This document shows, one piece after another, positions 38,198 through 52,441 of a DNA stretch of 64,000 nt (position 1 is the stretch's first letter; each line of letters starts with the position of its first letter). Origin of the DNA: the human T2T-CHM13v2.0 reference genome, Homo sapiens; NCBI RefSeq assembly GCF_009914755.1, contig NC_060925.1. One strand, given 5' to 3'. The notes under the pieces were generated by a model, which was not told the origin of the DNA, searched no databases, and worked only from the letters and a program-made list of their open reading frames with translations. The translations under genes and the position numbers were made by a program.

Positions 38198-38644
38198 TTC
38201 CAACAAGGAGAAATCAGGAATTTATTCAAAATGCTGTCTAGGGCACATTCTCTACCTTTGCTTCAAACATAAGACCAAAGTTCAAATGAGCTCCCCAAAT
38301 CCCCCATTTATTAATTAGGTTTCTGTAGTTAGTTGCTTTGGTACAATTGCTAAAGGCAGGGAAGTAAAACACATGTGTTGTAAAAAGAAATCATTTTGCC
38401 AACAAGAGTTAAAACAGAAAAGTTTGGATCTTCACCCTATGCAGACACATTAGTTAGCCAGAATGCTCATTCCCCTAACAGGCCAAACAATTAAGGCCTC
38501 ACATGCTCAGTGACATCTCTTTTTGCTCCTAGACATCGTGTTGTGGTACACAAACTTGCTTTCTGTTCCCATGCCAACTCCAAAGCCTTTTGCTCAGCCC
38601 TTCTTGGCCTCTTCGCAGCATTTGATCCTACTGAGCACCCTACT

Positions 38645-39460
38645 GCTTCATTCAACAACATCCCTAGTACCTCCCATATGCCAGGCACTCTGCTTGGTGT
38701 TCAGACATGATCTCCATCCTCAAAGAGCTCAAGGACTATCAGGTGAGGCCAACATTGCTGAAACTCACTCTAATGCAAAGTGAGGATGAGACAGATGTGG
38801 GTCAAGATTACAGTGGCAAGGCTTCGAAGCCACGTTAGGGATTTGGTAGATTATTCTAAGAACAATGAGATACTATTGATGGGTTTTCATAGGAAAAAGT
38901 ATGATTCGACTTGCATTATTCGAGGGTCACTTAGGTTATGTTAAAATAAGTAAATAAAACACCATTAGAGTGAATGGATTGGAGCATGACAAGAGGAGCC
39001 CCTGGAAGATCACTCAGGGAGCTACTGACATTGTCTAGGAAAGAGAGGATGGCTGCCAGGCCTAGAGTGATGGCAAAGGAGAGAGAAAGTCATGGAGGAC
39101 ATGGGGAGTGCGTAGACATGGGAAGGGAGGGACCTGAGATGGTTTCCTAGCTCCTGGCTGGACAGTGAAGCCTTCCCTGAGCTGTGGGCATGGAGCAGGC
39201 TGTAAAGGGTGGGGATGTTGATTTCTGTCCTGCTTATGTTGGGCATGAGGTCCCTGTGAGGTCTCCCAGGGGAGCTTCTAAAAAGCGTCTATAGCTCAGT
39301 GACCTGCACTGGAGTGACATATTTGGGAGTTCTGGCCCTACGGTTGATAGCTGAAGCCATGGGAATGGCTGAGATCACCTTGGGAGAGAGTGCAGAGTGC
39401 CAAGTGAAGAGGCCCTCAGTACAGAGCCCTCCAGACAGCCCTCTTAAGTCCCACCAGTTA
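38645..39460 (-). mobile_element. L2 fragments
   Basis: ttcattcaacaac...atgccaggcact; gatagctgaagccatgggaatggctgagatcacc. Confidence 0.8.
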
Positions 39461-39479
39461 CCCAGCCCTATCAACAATT

Positions 39480-39745
39480 ATTCCCTTAGCAGTTTCCTCA
39501 ATCTGTCCCCCTTTCCTTCCCACTTCCACTCTCCAAGCTTAGGCCCTAACCACTTTTTTAAAATGACTGCAACAGTCTGGTCTCAGGAGTCTCACTCACT
39601 CCCTTCTATTTACCTTTCTCATCATTGCCAAACTAATTTTCCTAATGCTTGGCTCCTGTCATGTTGTTTTTCTCCTTCAAAACCTTCACAGTCTTCTCAT
39701 TTCCTGCACAATAAAGCATAATTAGTTCACCCGGATGCAGAGCCT
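39480..39745 (+). mobile_element. L2 fragment
   Basis: tgactgcaacagtct...cttcaaaaccttca. Confidence 0.6.
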
Positions 39746-39959
39746 TCCATACGATGGGCTAGCTGACACAGGCGTGCCTTTGCTGCTGTCCTCTACCTGT
39801 TCTGTGCTCCCCATCAAAGGTGATATACGGCACCTCCTCCACTTCTACACCTCTTACCTGCTAAGGAGGAATGCTGAAAGGACTCATGATGTGTGAAATA
39901 AGAGGATGTGCCTCTGTATGGGGAGACAAACATCTACCTTCTGACATTGGTTTCTCCCT

Positions 39960-40870
39960 AGTCTTTAAAACAGGCAATACACACAAGAAATAAGTAGACT
40001 ATATACTATGCCAGAGGGTGATTAGTGCTGTGTAGAAAGACAGAGCCAAGTAGGAGACTGGGAGTGCTGGGGGTGTGATTTGCTGTAAGTTCACCAGGGC
40101 AGGCTTCACCATGAAGGTGCCATTTGAGCAAGACTTGGGGAGATGAGGGCTGAAGCATCTCACCCTGGGGGAAAGAGTGTTTCTGGCAGAGGGACACCAA
40201 GTGCAAAGCCCTAGGCAGGAGCATGCCTGCCACATTCAAGGAACAGGAAGGAGGCCAGTGTGGCAGGAGTGGAGTGAGAGAGGGTGCAGGCAATGGGAGA
40301 TGATAAGAGGCGTAATAGCAGGAAGGAGTCAGATGGAGCAGCACCCGGATTGCCCCAGTGGAAGATTCGGGGCAGGGGAGTGATTTAACTTCTGCCATAA
40401 AAGCAGCCCTCTGGCTGCTGCAGGAGAATAAGCCACAAAGGGTGAGGGCAGGAGCGAGGGACTGGGGAGAAGGCTAGTGCAGTAGCCCAGGCAGAGGACT
40501 GTGGCCGGGCCCAGGACAACAGAAGCACTGAGAGAGGTGGTGGGAGGGGCTGAATTCTGAATAGATCTCACAGACGTGGAAACAGGACTTAAAGATGGAA
40601 CGAATGGGGATCCATGAGAGAGTGAGAGCAGTCGAGGTTTTTGGTATGAGCTCCTGGGAGGAAGGGATTGTTATCTGAGTTGGGAAATTGTCATTTGAGT
40701 TGTGGGCAGGGCATGTTTGGGGGATAGAATATAAGTTCAGTTTTGAACTTGCTAAATGTGTGATGTACATTAGACATTCAGGTGAAAATGCTGTGTGGCC
40801 AGTTATGTACATGAATCTGCAGTTCAGGAGAAAGATCGGTGCTGCAGATAGAAATTTGGGTTCAGATGAT
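39960..40870 (-). mobile_element. L2
   Basis: gtgcaaagccctaggcaggagcatgcc...taagttcagttttgaacttgctaa...agatagaaatttggg. Confidence 0.85.
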
Positions 40871-40879
40871 AAAGACTTT

Positions 40880-41120
40880 CCTCTATAATAACAATAATAA
40901 AAACTACTCTCCCCTCTTCTCATCACTGCCATCATCTCTACCCCACTATTGATAACTGCTATGTGCCAGGCACTGTGCTAATTATTTTACTCATATTACC
41001 TCATTTGCTTCTCATAACAACCCCATGAAGCAGCTACCAGAATTCTCATTTTCACAGATGAGGCATCTTAGGCTTTGAGAACTTGCGTATCTTGCCCAAG
41101 CTCACACAGCTGGAAAGAAC
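40880..41120 (-). mobile_element. MIR
   Basis: tatgtgccaggcactgtgcta...cattttcacagatgagg...cttgcccaagctcacacagct. Confidence 0.85.
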
Positions 41121-41372
41121 TTCATGCTCATGCAGTGAAGAGCCATTAAAAAAATTGAGAATAACACCATCAAATGTTCACTTTAGATGAATTGCTCTGA
41201 GGATAGCATAGCAGCTAGAATAGGATGGTTTGAGACCAGTGAGGAGACCACTGCAATAACTCAAGAGTCCAAGCAAGAGGTGACATAAGACGAACTCAGG
41301 CTGTGGCTGCAGGAATGGGAAGGAAGGAATAGGATCCAGGAGTTACTAGGTAGCAGGACAAGGCTTGGGGGC

Positions 41373-41764
41373 TGATAGGGTTTGGATATTTGATCCTGCC
41401 CAAATCTCATATTGAATTATAATCCCCAATGCTGGTGGTGGGGCCTGGTGGGAGGTGTTTGAATCATGAGAGCAGATCCCTCATGAATGGTTTAGGCCAT
41501 TCCCTTGGTGATAGGTGAGTTCTCAGTCTGAGTTCACATGAGATCACCCACCCTCTCTCTCTTGCTTCTGCTCTGCCATGTAAAGTGCTTGCTCCCCCTT
41601 TGCCTTCCACCATGATTGTGAGCTTCCTGAGGCCTCCCGAGAAACTGAGCAGATGCCAGCACCATACTTCCTGTACAGTCTGCAGACCTGTAAGCCAATT
41701 AAATCTCTTTTCTTTATAAATTACCCAATCTCAGCAAGGCAAGAATGAAAGAATGGCTAGTACA
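41373..41764 (+). mobile_element. MSTB-like MaLR solo LTR inserted in L2
   Basis: tgatagggtttgg...caaatctcatattgaatt...gccttccaccatgattgt...ctagtaca; 5-bp TSD-like ggggc/gggac. Confidence 0.92.
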
Positions 41765-43874
41765 GGGACCTATTGCAGTGGGGGCATAAAGAAAAAGTCC
41801 ATGATGTCTATAGGCTCCTGGCTGGGGGAACTGATTGAAGGGTGGTACCCTTTGGTTGAGATGGGGAGCACAGGAGAAGAGTCAGGACCTGAGTCCATAA
41901 GGAGCCTCGCAGGCCAGTGCAAACGGGACACCCAAGGAAGCAGGAGCGATAATGCTGGACGATAGGCTGGGATCAACCAAGGTAAGTCTTTCCTATGAGG
42001 CTTAGGAGGTTAACTTTGCTCTGCAGACAAAGATGCCATTAAGACTTGAGGCAGATAAATGTGGTTACACGTAAGAATCAAGTCTTGTAATTCTTTAAGT
42101 CCTGTGAGGACAGGACCTGGGTTTCCTGTGTGACATGTACTGCACAACCGTCTATGCACAGCAGCTACTTAATACCATAAACAACACTCTTGCCCCTATC
42201 CTTTTTTTCCCCATTTATCGGGCATACTTGCAGAAGATTTTTTTTTCAGATGCAAGAACATTGTGGGTTGAATAAGCTGACTAAATCCATTCACTATTTC
42301 TATAGAACATTTTTAAAGTCTAACTTATAACAAGTAACAGCCTCCTGACTCCTCCACAACTCGCTACTCCCCACCACCCCTATTGTCTGTCCTGACTGGG
42401 ATAATGGGTAATTGTGTTTCAACATGAATTATGCTAAAACGCTTCTCATTGCCTGGCTTCAATCATCACCAAAACCCAGGTCCTAATCTAACTTCATTGT
42501 CATTAAGCCACCAAACCAGCTGCTGCAGTGAAAACAGGCAGGCAAAGGAAAAAGTCTTAGGAGAAGAGTGACATTTCTCTGAGAAACAAAAGAACCATCT
42601 CTGATCAAGTGACCTGCATGAGAGAAGGAGGAGAGAGCTCCCAGCGCTGACTAAACTGAAATTGCCAGTTAGGCCCTCTTCTCATTAGTTTTTCTTTCAC
42701 ACTTCACATTAGCTCAGTGAAAGGAAGATGAATTAAGAGTTAAATGCACCAAAATAACTTAAGCAATCTTTAAATAAGGCGTAAATGTGCTTTATGTTTC
42801 TACCTACACCCTCTTCCTGTCTCACTCTCCTCTCTCCCTCATGCTGGCCCTGCTCCTTCCTTTGTGCCTTCTCTTTGTCTCTTTTCTCCCTTGTTGATTC
42901 TGTTCTCTCTCTATGTGCTGTTCTGTCCTCTGCTTGTATGGTTTCTTCACTCCAATAGCTGCCCTCTCTTTAAAACTCCTGCACCCTTTAGCTCTGGCCC
43001 ACCTGGGTGCCCTCCTTGGCATCTTTCTCTTCCCACTCCCTCTGCTGTCCTCAGATCTCCTTCTACCCATCACGCCCCTCTTCCACACCCATGCTTTCTG
43101 CCTTCCCATATCTGGCCTCAGATGGCACCAGAAGCCAAATTTCTAGTGACGGAAAGCCCATTGTTGCCTGATGAAGGCAGATGATATAAATGAGGCAATT
43201 GCTTCAATACATAATTAAAATAAGCCAAATGAAGCAGCAGCAAAACAAGACAGATTCATGGTTTGGAGATCTAAGGATGAACCCTTTGCAGAAGACAGTC
43301 CTCCCTCCCTCACCCCAGCTGGCACTGCGCCCCAGAAGCGTATTGACTGGCCAATCAATTCTCAAATTCTAGATAGATGGGCTGGTGATAAACAATGACC
43401 ACTCAGCCCCTTTCTCAGCCCTGCCAGGCCCAGCTAATGCACACTGAACCATCCCCCGTTTTGAAAGACCTTCCTGGGATTGTTTATCTCTCTACCCTCT
43501 CCACTTTTGTTTCCAGCTACAGGGAACTCCTAAGTGGAAAATCGATAGGCGCTTTAATTACTGGCCCCCAATTCATCAGGGCCTCAACTGTAATTACTCT
43601 GCCTGAGCCAGGAGCCAATAAGCAGAGACCGCCAGGCACTGGACAATGTGCAAGACAATCAGCCCAGAGTCTGTGGCTCAGCCTGCGGGATGCCTTGTGA
43701 GGCTGCCTGCTCACCTTCCCGCTATGGCTTTCCTGTCCCCTTTCCCTGGTCAGCAGCAGGGGAGAGGCAGTCCCCAAAGAGATCCCAGGGCAGAACTGGT
43801 AGGGGGCATGGGATGGACACAAAGCCAACCCTTCTACTCTCTCCCAGGCTCTTGACTCAGTCAACTGCCTCTAA

Positions 43875-44025
43875 AACCATGCTTCTCAAAGTGTGGTCCC
43901 AGGACCAGCAGCTTCAGCATCCTGTGGAAAACAGACACATAAAAGCTCAAGCCCCAGCACAGATGCACTGAAACAGGTTCTGCATTTAACAATATCCCCA
44001 CATTGAAGGATGAGAAGCACAGTTT
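43875..44025. mobile_element. MER5A-like
   Basis: cttctcaaagtgtggtcccaggaccagcagc...tctgcatttaacaatatccc. Confidence 0.8.
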
Positions 44026-44989
44026 GAAAATACATCCTGGGGTTTGTTTGCTTTGCTAGGGCTGGAAGGGAGTAGTGACTGTGCTCTCAGTACCCATTCC
44101 ATGGCCTGTCAATACTTATGTCACCTAGAAGGGTTTCTTTAGAGTCTTTTTATTTAGGGTATGAAGGGCCCATAAATGCTAAAATGTTATTTTCCACTCC
44201 ATGGCATCTTCATTCTTTTCCCTCCACTTCTGAGCTTGCCCCAAAGGCAGGGAGGTAAACTGAGGACCTGAGGGTTGATTGTCCACACTAGATTCTTCCC
44301 TTCTCTTTCATCCATGATGAAGCCTGACCAGCTATGTGCACAGATGCAGAATCCTGTTCCTGGGCCCCAGGACCCCTAAAGCTGATGTGTTTCTGATTCC
44401 TGCCCTCCTCAGCTCTTGGGACTCTTGAAGGCTGAGTATCAGGGAAACCCACAGGGCTCCTCTCAGGAGCTAAGTTGGTACCATGGGATGATGCTGGGAT
44501 GTCATAAGAGATGCTCTCATGGGGTCCCCTTTAAAGAGTGGGGGCTGATTACATTGTTTTCCCCAGGAGAATAGGAATTCATCTTTGGGATGGCTCAGAA
44601 TAAATGACTTATTTGTGATGGGTGAGTTCATAACCTGTGTGTGTCTGGGGCTTATTCCTCCTTCCTGCTACTGAAGGCCAAGAGTGGTGGCAAAATGAGC
44701 TCAGATTCTCTGTCAGAACACTGAGCAGGCTGTGTTTCTGGCGAGGGAGAGCTGGGATGCAACTGCCCTACTTCCTGCACACACATCAGTGAAGCTTCGT
44801 GTCTGAGCACGGAGCTATTGACTCAGCTGATCAATTTCCGAGTAGCAGGCAGCCAGGCCCATGAAAAATGACTCTGTTGCCCATTGCCCATCCCCCGCAG
44901 ACACTGGCCTTGGCTAATGCAAATGGAACAATTCTCCATTTAGGAATTGCTTCTAAGCTCCTCTTTGTCCTTCTGCTTCCTAGACCTAG

Positions 44990-45975
44990 GCTTTCCCACC
45001 TGAGCCCTCTGGTCTTCTCTTTCTCTTTTGTGTCTCAAAGCTCATGCACTGCCTCAGCCTCAACTACCACTTTTAGGAAGATGAGTCCTCAAGATTCTCC
45101 ATTTTCCATTCTTAACCTAAATTTAAACCCACTTGACTTGCTGGGCATTCCTGTCTGATGGCCTAATAATCATTGCCTTTAAACTCAAGACATCTCAAAT
45201 CCAAACCTTACTCCTCCCACATCTGTCTCCCCTTCCCCCTGGTTGTTGTTTTCTCATTCCTGTGAAGGGCACCCAGGCTTGCATTCTAGTTGTCATGGCT
45301 TGTAAGTTCCTGTGTATGCTCAGTCCTGGAGGTACTGCCTTTCAAAGAGCTCTTGCCCAACCCTCTCTTTCTGTTCCCATTTTCACCTCCTTTATTCAGA
45401 TCCTGTTGATGTTGTACCTGTGTGATTGTGATGGCCCCATTGTGGAACCAACCATCCCCTGCCCCAAGTCCTTCAACAATGCTAGTGAATCTCAATCCAA
45501 GCTGCAAATAGAATCATTCAGGGAGTTTTATAAAACACCAATGAGACCAATGATTAGGATGAATTAACCAGAAAAGCTGGACATGAGGCCCAGGAGTTGG
45601 TCATTTTAAAGCCTGCTCAGGTGACTCTAATACGTAGCCAGGTGAAGACCACTGCTCTAGCCAATCTAGACCATTTGCTACATGCAACCAACTTCTGTCC
45701 ACATCGTCCTTTGTCATTTTGCTGTCACCCTTCCTTCTGCCTAGGATGACTTCCACTTCTCCCTCCGTAGATGAAAATGCTCCCTATCCTTCCAAGCTGA
45801 GCCCAATTTACCCACTCTGTGACCTTTCCATTACAGAGCCCTCCTCAGAACTACCATAGCACTTACTTATACATTAGCCATAGTGTATGCCCTGCCCTTC
45901 CTCGTACTATGCTCTGTGGTCTTGCCATATCCTCTTTATCTAAATGCCACCTCCTTGAAAGACTAAAACATTTCT
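44990..45975 (+). mobile_element. L2 fragments with an embedded MER5 (~45490-45657)
   Basis: CT-rich L2 body; tagaatcattcagggag...caggtgactctaa MER5 motifs. Confidence 0.65.
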
Positions 45976-46133
45976 TAGAGCATTTATCTTGGAGCCAGAA
46001 GAGCTAAATTTGTGTTCTGACACCTCATAAATAAAACTTTGGCTGTGAGACTTTGGATATGTTTTTTAAAATCTCGGTTTCCTGTTCTGCAAAATGGGAA
46101 GCATGATTCTTATCTGTTTTATAAAAGTTCTAG

Positions 46134-46285
46134 TAGAGTAGGGAGGGAGGTAGAGGGACAAGGGTTGAAAAACTAACTATTGGGTACTATGCTCAGTACC
46201 TGGGTGATGAGATTAATCATACCCCAAACCTCAGCATCACGCAATATACCCAGGTGACAAAACTGCACTGTACCCCACGAATCTA
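46134..46285 (+). mobile_element. L1PB-like 3' end inserted in a MIR (MIR ~45985-46130 and 46330-46405)
   Basis: agggttgaaaaactaactattgggtactatgctcagtacctgggtga...aatctaaaatagaagttgaa. Confidence 0.9.
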
Positions 46286-47544
46286 AAATAGAAGTTGAAA
46301 TCACTTTTAAAGTGTTCATCATTAGTAGTCTAACAGCGATTTTTGCCCTTCATGTTGTTTAACAGTGGCTTGGACAAATTAAGTGCTTAATAAGTGGGTG
46401 TTGAATAAAGGCGTGAATATATCTATATTTTTATCTTAGACTTTTTTTCTCCTCCTGAAAATAATTTCAAATTAGAAAGTCAATGCACTAAGGTGTGGGA
46501 CCTGAGGTCATGGGCCCAGTGCTTCCTACAGTGGAGTCAGGCACAGAGACATCTGCTTTCCTAACTACCCTAGTCAAAGGCCCTTGCTGTGACATTTAAA
46601 CCACGTCCCTTTGTCCCTTTTGTCAGGTATCAAAACCAAAAGCACAGATGTCACAGTTTCTGTGTCTGCATGCAGGGTGTCCTCATGGGTGAGCGCACAT
46701 GCACACACACACACACAGCTAATAAATTGTTCTGCCCTTCATAGATACCTGCATAATCGAGAAAGCCAGCTTCCCCCAGCAAGTGCTCTCAGAACCAGCA
46801 CTCCAGGGACAAGGACTGAGCCTGGAGATTGTGGTCTGCAGCTCTTAGTAACACATGGCAGAGGTTTCTGTTCACGTAAGTACCAAAGATGCCTACTGTC
46901 AGTTGTTAGTAGCTGGTCCCTTTTGGCGCAGCCATCGAATGAGTTAATAAAATGTATTTTTCAAGAGAGGGGCATGAGTGTGGGGGAATTCTGGAGCAGT
47001 GAAAGCTGAATTTCGAGGAGACTGAGATCATGGGTGAAACAAAATATCATGTAGAGCCAAGGGCATCTGCCAAGCAACTCCCCAGAGCTCTGCCCCAGTC
47101 CTTCCCCAGCACCCCCTGTCCTGGCCTTCTCTGACCTGCATTCCCCAGCCTTCACTCTCATTTAAATGCTCATTTATGTTTCTGGATGAATAATCCCAGA
47201 AACAACTAGATTAGAAGAGTCCTTTATCCTGACTTGCAGCACTCGCACTAATTAGAAAGCATTATCCTATTCATCCCCTGAAACCCCAGAGAGGAGCTGG
47301 AGACCTGGGTAGGGGAAGGAGGTGGCCAAGGTCACAGGTAGGCAAATGCAAGGAGCAGGAAAGTGAGGGGCAGGACCCACGGTGTTTGTCAGGCCTAGGC
47401 AGTTTAGTAGGGTGGGTCCACCTGGGCTTGTGGCAAAGCCACAGAGACTTTTATCTCCCCTCGATGGGTCTGGTAATATTCTCATTCCATCCTAAATAGA
47501 CAAATAAACTGAGACCGCATAACCCTGAGGGGTCAGACAAACCA

Positions 47545-47710
47545 AGAACGTCGTTAGGTGTTAGAAGGGCTTGGGAGATCTGTCACATGGCCATATCATG
47601 TAAACAGAAGCCCGGGGGATTATATGACTTGTCTAACGTAACACAGGTCATTTATGGCCAAGGCAAGCCTAGAATGCAAGTTTTCCGACTCCATCCAGTG
47701 CTTCTCCAGC
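47545..47710 (-). mobile_element. MIR
   Basis: ttagaagggcttgggagatc...tgacttgtctaacgtaacacag...cctagaa. Confidence 0.6.
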
Positions 47711-48284
47711 ATGCAGACATACACTTAGACTCTGTTGGTGCTGGGCAAGAGAACTATCCCTGACAAACAGCTTGTCTGAGTTCTACCAGCAAGGACGTTC
47801 ACTTTCCCCTCCCCGCAATCCCACAATCTGCCAATTTCAGACAAGAAGGTCCCTTGAAGCTGCAGTTGGTTTGTCCCCAGTGGCCATCCAGGCCTATCTG
47901 TGGCCTTCATTTGCTTATCTTCTCTCTCCCTGGTATTTCTTTCTCTTTCTCCTCCTCCAGTCTCAAGTCCCTCCTTGTCTCTGGCTCCCTCCCTACAGAA
48001 GCATGGGTGAGAAAAGGCCCAAAAAGTGAGGATATGGAGTACCCCAAGCCTCAGAAGAGGTGGCAGCTGTCCCCGGGCTGTGGCCCACCTCTTGGGCTGC
48101 ACACAGGGGTGTCGGGATATTGGGGCATGATCTAAGAAGCTCAGGCTACTGTGGCTTAGCAGAGAGGTCCTCACCCCTCCCCCATCCACACACTGCAGCA
48201 CCCCCATTGAAAAGTGTGCACAGTGGCAGAGGCCACAGCCCTGAGGCAGCCTGTGCAGCCATCAGAGTCTTGACTGCAGAGTTT

Positions 48285-48470
48285 TGAGCCGAGGTTCCCA
48301 GCTGCCATCACCAGCTGTGAGGATGTAGGCAGGTACTTCATCTCCCTCAGTTTTCCAATGAAAATGAGGTAACCAGTATGAGGATGCAGTAAGTTAGCAC
48401 ACATAAAGCACTTAGAATTGTCCTGGGATGCAGTAAGCATTCAAAAACACGTTCATTTGTTTTGCTGTTA
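48285..48470 (+). mobile_element. MIR
   Basis: cagctgccatcaccagctgtga...cctcagttttcc...taaagcacttagaa. Confidence 0.75.
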
Positions 48471-48920
48471 TTCTTGCCTAGCCCCTGGCTGCCCAAGTAG
48501 AATGGTCACAGTCTTGCAGGAAAGATAGCCAAGCCCAAGTGTCCCTGATTAGAGAGGCTGTGACTAGGACACAATGATAGCAGAGACCCCGCTGGGAGAT
48601 ACAGCAAGTTCTCCTTTATTTCCCTACCTGCTGTCCCTTCCCTACCCCACTTCTAATACCCTCCCCATTCTTCAAACCAGCTCTCAGACCAGGATCAGAT
48701 TCCACTTATTTGGCCTGTGTGGGACCCTGTTGGAGCCAAGTATGTTTCTTCCTAAATCTTCTCATTTCCACAACAGTTCCTGTAGTGGCAGGCGTGCCTG
48801 CCAGGCAGGGCACTGCCTGCTGCCTTCCCGGGACAGCCCTGCTGAGCAACACGTTTCTGCCCAAAGAGGGAGATCTGGACTGTTTCCAGCACTGTCTCAC
48901 TCACTCATATCTTCACTTAC

Positions 48921-49314
48921 TGTTATAGACTGGATGTGTCCCCAAAACTCACATGTTAGAGCCCTAAACCCCAGTGTGACAATTTGGAGATAGGGTCCTT
49001 ATGGAAGTAATTAAGGTTAAATGAGGTCATAAGGGTAGGGCTCTGATCAGATAGGATCAGCATCCTTATAAGAAGCAGGAGAGACCAGAGCTCACTTGCT
49101 CTCTTGTGCTCTCTCTCTCTCTCTTTCTGTCATGTGAGGATACACTGACAAGTTGATCATCTGCAAGCCAGAAAATGAGCCCTCACCAGGAATCTCATTA
49201 GCCAGAATCTTAATCTTGAACATCTAGTCTCTAGTACTGTGGAAAATGAATTCCTGTTGTTTAAACCTCCTAGGCTATGGTGTTTCATTATGGCAGCCTT
49301 AGCTGACTAACATA
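48921..49314 (+). mobile_element. MLT1A-like solo LTR
   Basis: tgttatagactg...taattaaggttaaatgaggtcataagggt...atggcagccttagctgactaa. Confidence 0.9.
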
Positions 49315-49939
49315 TCCACAATTCATTTGGTCCTTTAACTTCCATGGGGACACCTGCCCCAAGACGGGAACTGTGCTTGGGCTCAGAGCTTAATAAGGAG
49401 TTTACACGTAAGTAAAGGAAGTAGATGTTTCAATAGGTTGATAGCTTTATGAACTATTTTAAAAGGCATAATGAGATAAGCAGTCAAATAGAGGTATTCT
49501 GCAATGGGAGCAGGAAGTAATAGATTTTAATGTGCAACAAGGCTTCCAGAGGCAACAGAGTTTGAGCATGTCTGCCTTTTAGGACAGAAGTTTCCTGCCC
49601 AGTGGAGGAAGGAGGATTACGCCTCAATCCAGAGGAAGCAGATATTCCTGTTTTGCTCTCATTCAAGGTTTTAGAAAACTATATAGCTTTTATGCTGGTT
49701 TAAATAACCACACTAGCGCTCTAAGGATCTTTCTTCAAGATCCAGCTCAAGTCCCACCTTTTCCATGAAGACTTTCTGAGATTTTACGCCACACTGAGAA
49801 GGGCTTAGCAATCATCTTGCCCAACCCTCTCATTTTTCAGATGGAGGAAGCAGAGCTACAGTGAGGGCATGGGACCCTTGTCTTATGCATATTCATCTTC
49901 ATTGCTTAGCTGCATTCTGAGCTTTCTGCTTTCTGTTTT

Positions 49940-50255
49940 CTTCAGATGAGCACAAGACTGGCTTCTGCTCATCATTCAGGGCTCAGCTTAAATGCCACCT
50001 CCTCAGGCAGGTGCTTCCTAACTGCCCTCACTAAAGCAGCCCCACCTCTACTTCCCACATACCCTGTGAGTCTCTAACAAATCACCCTATTTCATTGTTT
50101 CCATAGCTCTTTGGGGTATTTAAAATAATCTTACTTGATTATTTGTTTACATGTTTATTATCTATTTCTTTGAGTTAGAGTGTAAGCTCTTTGAGAGATG
50201 ACCTTTTTCTGCATGCCCAGCCTGGCGCATAGTAAGTGCTCAACAAATATGTGTG
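49940..50255 (+). mobile_element. L2 3' end
   Basis: ctcagcttaaatgccacctcctca...tagagtgtaagctct...cctggcgcatagtaagtgctcaacaaatat. Confidence 0.85.
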
Positions 50256-51325
50256 GGCATGCCGAGTTGTGCTATGCTCTTAGTGGGGCAGTAAACGTGT
50301 ACTGGCTGTGTTCACCCCACCCAGGTTTTTAAACCAGACTGATCTGTCGCCATTCCACCCAGCTGCCTCCTAACTGACTCTCTTGAAACCCGTTAGCTGT
50401 AATCCTGCTCCTGACAATGCCGTGGGCTTCTCTTCATTCTGCACTGCCTTACTCAGCTCCTGAAACCTGCCTTCACCTTTTTCTCTTACTCACCATGGGC
50501 TCCCTCTCACTTCTGCACACCCCTAAGTCTGTCTTCAGTGTTGAGGAACAAGCCTTGTCTTTTCTCCCTAGCTCCCCAACCCTGTTCACACACTCAAATC
50601 AACTGGAGTGAAGAGCAAGTTCTTCCCAGAGGGCGACACCTGCTCTCATCCTGCGCATCCACTCTCCCCCAATTCTCAGATCCACCAGCGCCCTCCCCCC
50701 ACCCCACTGACCAGCCTGCCTCCCCGGTCGGATGTGCTTCCCCTCTCTTGCAATCACAGGACAGCTGTGAGCCTGGCATCAGAATTTATTTTTAAACCCA
50801 ATCATGAGCTGCTGGACTGCTACCCCAGCTGTGACTGGCTTTCAGATGTAGGGACACTCCCTCAGTTTACCCATCCCAGGATTGCAAGACCACCCTCACT
50901 CCCTCCAGGTGTTCTCAGTTCCCCTGTCCAAGTCACTGGTGGGCTTTCCTCCCTCCATCACTCTGGCCTGGTCCCCTTGGGCGGCAGCTCCCATTGCCAC
51001 CCTCCGGGCCCTCCCTGGCCATGGAGGGTTTCATTTCCTTGATGTTCCTTTCCTGGTCATTCCCCTCCTCCTCCTTCCCCTATCGGTTTGAATTGTGAAT
51101 AATTCATGTGTTTCCATGATCCTGCCACGGGTTTTCTGCCTCATGAATCAAATCCCTGAGACACAGTTTATTTCTTCACCATCCTCTAGTCCAAGTTGCT
51201 GACAGGGAAAGGGTTTATTCCTGTAGGTCATGAATGGACGCCAATACTTATGCCTGCTTATGGTGACAGTAACCATTTTTCCCACCCTATTCTTCTACCA
51301 TGCTCTATTTTTCCTGTCTTTTTAA

Positions 51326-51940
<615 letters not shown>

Positions 51941-52441
51941 TCTAATATATTTTAATAGGTGTGCATTTGTATAATATTACATGATTGGATAGATAAACAA
52001 AGAGATACATAGAAAGATTCACAATAGACAGACTTAATTATTTTCCCACATAGCTTTCTTCATCACCTTTCTTATTTAAGGTTTTTGGGAGGAACATGAC
52101 AGAGGCATCTAAACATATTCCTCATACACAGTGGATGCCCTAATGCCCAATTTGCAGCCCTCTTCTAAAAAGGGGTCCTCAGAAGGACTTTCATAGGAGC
52201 TCAGCCCTTATCTGCAGTCTACCTGGGTGTCATCTCCACTCAGTCTCCAAATATGTATGGAGGATTCACTACACTCCAGGGACTGGGCAGGACTCTGGAA
52301 AGACAAAGGTGAGCAAAAGAGACTCTATCCTTGCTCTTTTGGAGCTTACAGTCTACTGGGAAACATGGATATTAACTAAGTAGTCTTATATATATGGTTA
52401 GAATATATACGTATGTATTTCTAAACTGATAAATTTATTTT

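Larger units (their letters stand above)
37447..39945 (+). repeat. Dispersed local duplication: 37912-38100 and 37447-37500 are partial copies of 39734-39945
   Basis: Shared gtgctcccca-aaggtgatatac-cctcctccacttct-aaaggactca; shared gaaataa-aggatgtgcctctgt-ggagaca-acatctacct-ctgac. Confidence 0.85.
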
